NCBI GenBank assembly: GCA_963737655.1
Contig: CAVTTN010000002.1
Span: forward strand, 6,816,001-6,880,000
Length of the DNA: 64,000 bases
Reading direction: 5' to 3'
Origin: an uncultured Planctomycetota bacterium
GTDB taxonomy: Bacteria; Planctomycetota; Planctomycetia; Isosphaerales; Isosphaeraceae
The translations under genes were made by a program, and so were the position numbers. The first letter of the stretch is position 1, and every line of letters starts with the position of its first letter. Below, in pieces: positions 60,216-64,000 of this stretch. Below the pieces are notes generated by a model that searched no databases, had not been told where the DNA came from, and saw only the letters and a list, made by a program, of their open reading frames with translations.

Positions 60216-60432
60216 GAGAGATGGTCGTCCCCTGCGACCGCGAATCGCCGCGCCCGCGGCACTCCGCACTCCGGAGGAGGCCCTCCGGGGAGGAAGCCCG
60301 AGCCCCTTCCCGGCACGTCGGGCGCCGGGTATCTTGAAAGGGGATGAGGCCCCCGGTCGCCGTCGGTTCCGGGAAACGCTCCAATAATGCCGGTCGGCCA
60401 GCGAACGCCGAGCTAGAGGAGGGACATCGATC

Positions 60433-60744
60433 ATGTCGTACGGCGGAAGCGCGGATGCCACCGGGATTCAGGTCTCATTCCTGGACCAGACCGGGGCCAA
60501 ATCGGTCAAGGCCGTGATCGCGTTCAGCGTCCCGGTCAGCCGAATTTTGCCAAACATCATCACCAAGATGAACCTGCCGACGGTCTCGCCCGACGGCCAG
60601 CCGATGAGCTATTCGCTCGACCACAAGGAAGGCGGCCGGCGCCTCCTGGAGAGCCAGACCCTGCTGGAGGCGGGCGTGCAGAATGGCGACCACCTGATCG
60701 TCTATCCCGAGGTCGTGGCCGGCTCGGCGCGACGGTCGCGGTAA
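60433..60744 (+). CDS. Ubiquitin-like beta-grasp protein (EsaB/YukD-like)
   Basis: GAGGAGG RBS; GRRL..SQTL.EAGVQNGD.L.V resembles ubiquitin G..L....TL....I..G..L; ends YPEVVAG-SARRSR. Confidence 0.8.
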   Translation: MSYGGSADATGIQVSFLDQTGAKSVKAVIAFSVPVSRILPNIITKMNLPTVSPDGQPMSYSLDHKEGGRRLLESQTLLEAGVQNGDHLIVYPEVVAGSARRSR

Positions 60745-60817
60745 CTCCCCCGCGGGGGCGACCTTGCGAACCGTCCCCGGACCCCTTCGAATCGAACCTC
60801 GCGGAGCCCCGAGAGCG

Positions 60818-61543
60818 ATGGCCGGCCCCTCGTCGTATGAATCCCCCCAGATGCGCCGGCTCCGCCACGACGCCAAGGCGATGGAGGAACTCCGCGAGGA
60901 AAGCTCGATCCTCCGGTTCCGCGCCTTCGGCCAGCCGGCCCAGCGGTATCTGATCGAGTTTCGCGGCCGGAGCCTCGCCCGGGACAAGGGGAAGGTGGTC
61001 CATCGCGACTCGCACGAGGTCGAGATCAAGCTCGGCGTGTCGTATCCCCGGACCATGCCGGAGCTTCGGTGGCTCACGCCGATCTACCACCCCAACATCT
61101 CGGAGATCGGCCTGGTCTGCCTCGGCGGTTACGGGACGCACTGGGTCCCCAGCCTCCACCTGGACGACCTCTGCGTGATGCTCTGGGACATGGCCCGCTA
61201 CCACAACTACGACATCCGCAGCCCGTATAACCGCGAGGCCGCCCTCTGGGCCGCCAACCAGACCACCTTCGCCTTCCCCACCGACGCCCGCCCGCTGAAG
61301 GACCGGCGCGCGGCCCTGGGACGGATCGACTACGACCTCAAGTCGGTCGAGCTGGTCAAGGACGCGCCTCCGCCGGTCGAGGCCTCGAAGCCCGTCGAGC
61401 CGCCGCCGAAGCCGCCGTCCCGCAAGAACGACGAACCCATCGAGATCTGCGTGATGGATTTCGAGGTCGATCTGCGAAGGCCCTCACCGCCCCCCGCGCC
61501 CCGGCCCCGGCCGGCGGACCAGGAGGTCATCTTCCTGGATTGA
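60818..61543 (+). CDS. Ubiquitin-conjugating enzyme E2-like protein
   Basis: RRL..D, YP..MP...WLTPIYHPNI...G.VCL (Cys 61118-61120), W.PS..L, SPYN.EAA. Confidence 0.9.
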   Translation: MAGPSSYESPQMRRLRHDAKAMEELREESSILRFRAFGQPAQRYLIEFRGRSLARDKGKVVHRDSHEVEIKLGVSYPRTMPELRWLTPIYHPNISEIGLVCLGGYGTHWVPSLHLDDLCVMLWDMARYHNYDIRSPYNREAALWAANQTTFAFPTDARPLKDRRAALGRIDYDLKSVELVKDAPPPVEASKPVEPPPKPPSRKNDEPIEICVMDFEVDLRRPSPPPAPRPRPADQEVIFLD

Positions 61544-61685
61544 TCGGTTGATCGTTTGATCGATCGATCTCCGCGAACGGCGGCAGGACTCGGACCGGCG
61601 CCCGACGCCGTTTCCTCCTCGGATGAAACGTCCCGGATGGCGCGGGTTCCGTCCGTTCGCGTTGATCGCGTCGAATCGCGCTCTT

Positions 61686-61755
61686 GTAGGGTCCGCTATT
61701 GCGGACCTCTCCGATTTCGATTTGTCGCGAAGTGGTCCGCAATAGCGGACCCTAC
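61686..61755. repeat. REP family C doublet
   Basis: GTAGGGTCCGCTATTGCGGACC ... GGTCCGCAATAGCGGACCCTAC. Confidence 0.9.
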
Positions 61756-61942
61756 AAATACCGCCTTCGACCACGCTCAACCCATGCTTCCGGCCGCGGG
61801 ACGCCCTGAGGAGCGAACGGACCCGCCGGGGGCCGCCCCCGGCTTGACCGGGCCGTCGGCGGCCTGTCCAATGCAGGAACCTGGCCTCGGGTTGGGCGGA
61901 GCGTGGCATCGGGCCGGGCGGACATTCGGGAGCGTCGAGGCC

Positions 61943-64000
61943 ATGAAGCACGATCCGAGAGTCTCCCGGGCCGTGACGTGGCTCCTCGCGTCGCTGTGGA
62001 TCGGGCCGGCGATCGCTGGCGCGGCGGACGGTTATGTCCCGTTCGAGGGCGAGAAGTCCTCCTGGCACGAGGGGTTCGACCGCTTCGATTTCGTGATGGA
62101 CGAGGGCACCCTGGAGGTCTCGCCCTTCAAGAAGCCCGAGAGGGAGGGCTTCGGGGTCGGAGGCCCCGAGGCGGGGAAGCGCCGGTGCCTCGTGATCGTC
62201 CCCAAGCAGCCCGCCCCCGGCCAGCCCTGGGCGTGGCGAGGCCAGTACTGGGACCATGAGCCCCAGGCCGAGGTCGAGCTGCTCCGTCGGGGCTTCCACG
62301 TCGCGTTCATCACGCCCGACCCGGGCAAGCCGTGGGAGGCGTGGCACGCCTACCTGACCGAGAAGCACGGCCTTTCCCCGCGTCCCGCGTTCGTCGGGAT
62401 GAGCAAGGGCGGGGTCAACGCCTATGAGTGGGCCGCCGCCCATCCCGACAAGGTCTCGTGCATCTACGCGGACAACCCCGCGATCCGTCCGGCGCCTTCG
62501 CAAAGCTCGGGGACCTGGCGGCGCACGAGGTCGCCCTCCTGAACGTCTGCGGCAGCCAGGATTTCCTCCTGGAACGGCACACCCTGGCGATCGAAGCCCG
62601 CTATCACCAGCTCGGCGGCCGGATCACCGTGATGATCAAGGAAGGCCCGGCCCACCATCCTCATAGCCTCCGCGACCCCGGGCCGATCGCCGACTGGATC
62701 GTCGAGCACGTCCGCCCCGAGGCCGACCGGCCCGGCTTCTCCGGCTCGGCCTTCGTGAAGTCGTCTTACTACGGCCCGGGGGTCGAATTCGTCCCCCTGG
62801 AGAAGGAGAAGACCTTCGTCACCTGCCGGGGGCCCGGGTTCGTGCCGTGCTACGAGCGTTTCGACGCCCGGACCGACAGCCCGTGGGGCGTCACGGGGAT
62901 GGCGGTGATCGCGCCGAAGACCGCCGCCCCGGGGATGCCCTGGGTCTTCCGGGCCGACCCGATCGGCCGGGAGGCGCCCGTCGATCAGGCCCTCCTGGCC
63001 GAGGGGTTCCACATCGTGGTGGCGCCCCTGGTCGCCCAGGCGGGGCCGGTCCGGAGCCAGTGGGACGAGCTTTACAAGCGACTCGTCGCCCAGGGCTTCT
63101 CCACCCGTCCCGTCCTGGAAGGGGCCGGGGCGGCGGCCGGAGAGGCGTATGCCTGGGCGATCGAGAACCCGGAGAAGGTCTCGTGCATTTACGGGGAGAA
63201 CCCGGCCCTCCGCAGCCTGATGGCCCCGGGATCGCTGCTGGACCGGCTCGAACCGCTCGCCCGCGCCAAGGTGCCCCTGATCCACGCCTGCGGCAGCCTC
63301 GACCCGTGGCTCGAAAGCCAGACCCGGGCGGCCGAGGCGCGGTATCAGGCGCTGGGCGGCCGGATGACGGTCCTCATCGACGAGGGCAAGGGCCACTTCC
63401 CCACGGCCCCGAGAGACCCGAAGCCGGTCGTGCAATTCGTCCTCGCCCAGCAGCCCAAAGCGTCGGCCAAGGCCGAGGCCAGGCCGCCAGACTACCGCTT
63501 CGACCGCGAGATCTCCCGGGAAGTCCTGGAGAACTACCTCTCCCGGGCGATCTCGATGGAGGGCCTGCTCAACGGTCGGGGTGACCTGGACGACAACATC
63601 CGGATGGTCAAGGACACCGGGGCCAAGTTCGTCGGGCGGGCCCTGTGCCTGTGGGGAGGGGAGGCCGACCTGCTCCGCAACCTCGACCGGGCCCGTCAGC
63701 AGGTCCCGAAGCTCCACGCCGCCGACCCCGACCTGGTCCTCCAGGCCTGCATCTTCGAGATCGTGACCGCCCAGGTCGAGCGGGTTCCGGTCCCGGACTG
63801 GGCGTTCGTCGCCCTGGGGCGGCCGGTCGAATCACGAAATTTCCGATACGCCGACATGCTCTACCCCGACGGCCGCCGGGTGAACCACTGGCGGAGGGGC
63901 CAGTCGGTCCCGGACGTCAGCCGGCCGGAGACGAAGCTCTGGTTCTTCTTCCTGGCGGCGTCGTTCCTCGACCTGGGCTTCGAGGCGATCCACCTCGGGC
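61943..64000 (+). CDS. Secreted multidomain protein: two alpha/beta-hydrolase-like domains plus a further domain; frameshift near 62494; 3' end outside window
   Basis: Signal peptide; VGMSKGG nucleophile elbow, HHPHS; second repeat KVSCIYGENP; frame +1 open from about 62495 to window end. Confidence 0.75.

Overview
High-GC bacterial chromosomal window. Gene content and repeat types suggest a planctomycete, probably Isosphaeraceae-like (inference, no search run). Most of it is housekeeping and membrane or metabolic genes: HtrA-type protease, dnaG, rpoD, Zn-ribbon protein, ilvB, bshB1, purN, M16 peptidase, polyprenyl synthase, moaC, tex, eda, cobS, cobU and MMPL. It also holds a Doc-type toxin-antitoxin pair and four Uma2-family nucleases. 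The most notable signals are: (1) a decayed chromosomal integron at about 46.0-47.4 kb, with three attC-like sites, an attI-like site and a divergent frameshifted 5' fragment of intI; (2) an unexplained AT-rich non-coding element of about 118 bp, present twice in inverted orientation (21113-21230 and 47776-47893), which aligns without gaps and has an identical 16-bp core GAAAAAGTGTAGTCAA; (3) a stand-alone ubiquitin-like protein plus E2 enzyme pair (60433-61543) with no E1 or JAB in the window; (4) a diadenylate-cyclase-like protein whose RHR motif reads RTT; (5) at least four GTAG-type REP families, one of which supplies the TAG stop codon of the neighbouring gene at all four of its loci. Six genes carry single-base frameshifts that look like long-read sequencing errors. 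No rRNA, tRNA or CRISPR array was recognised. All calls come from motif reading by eye.
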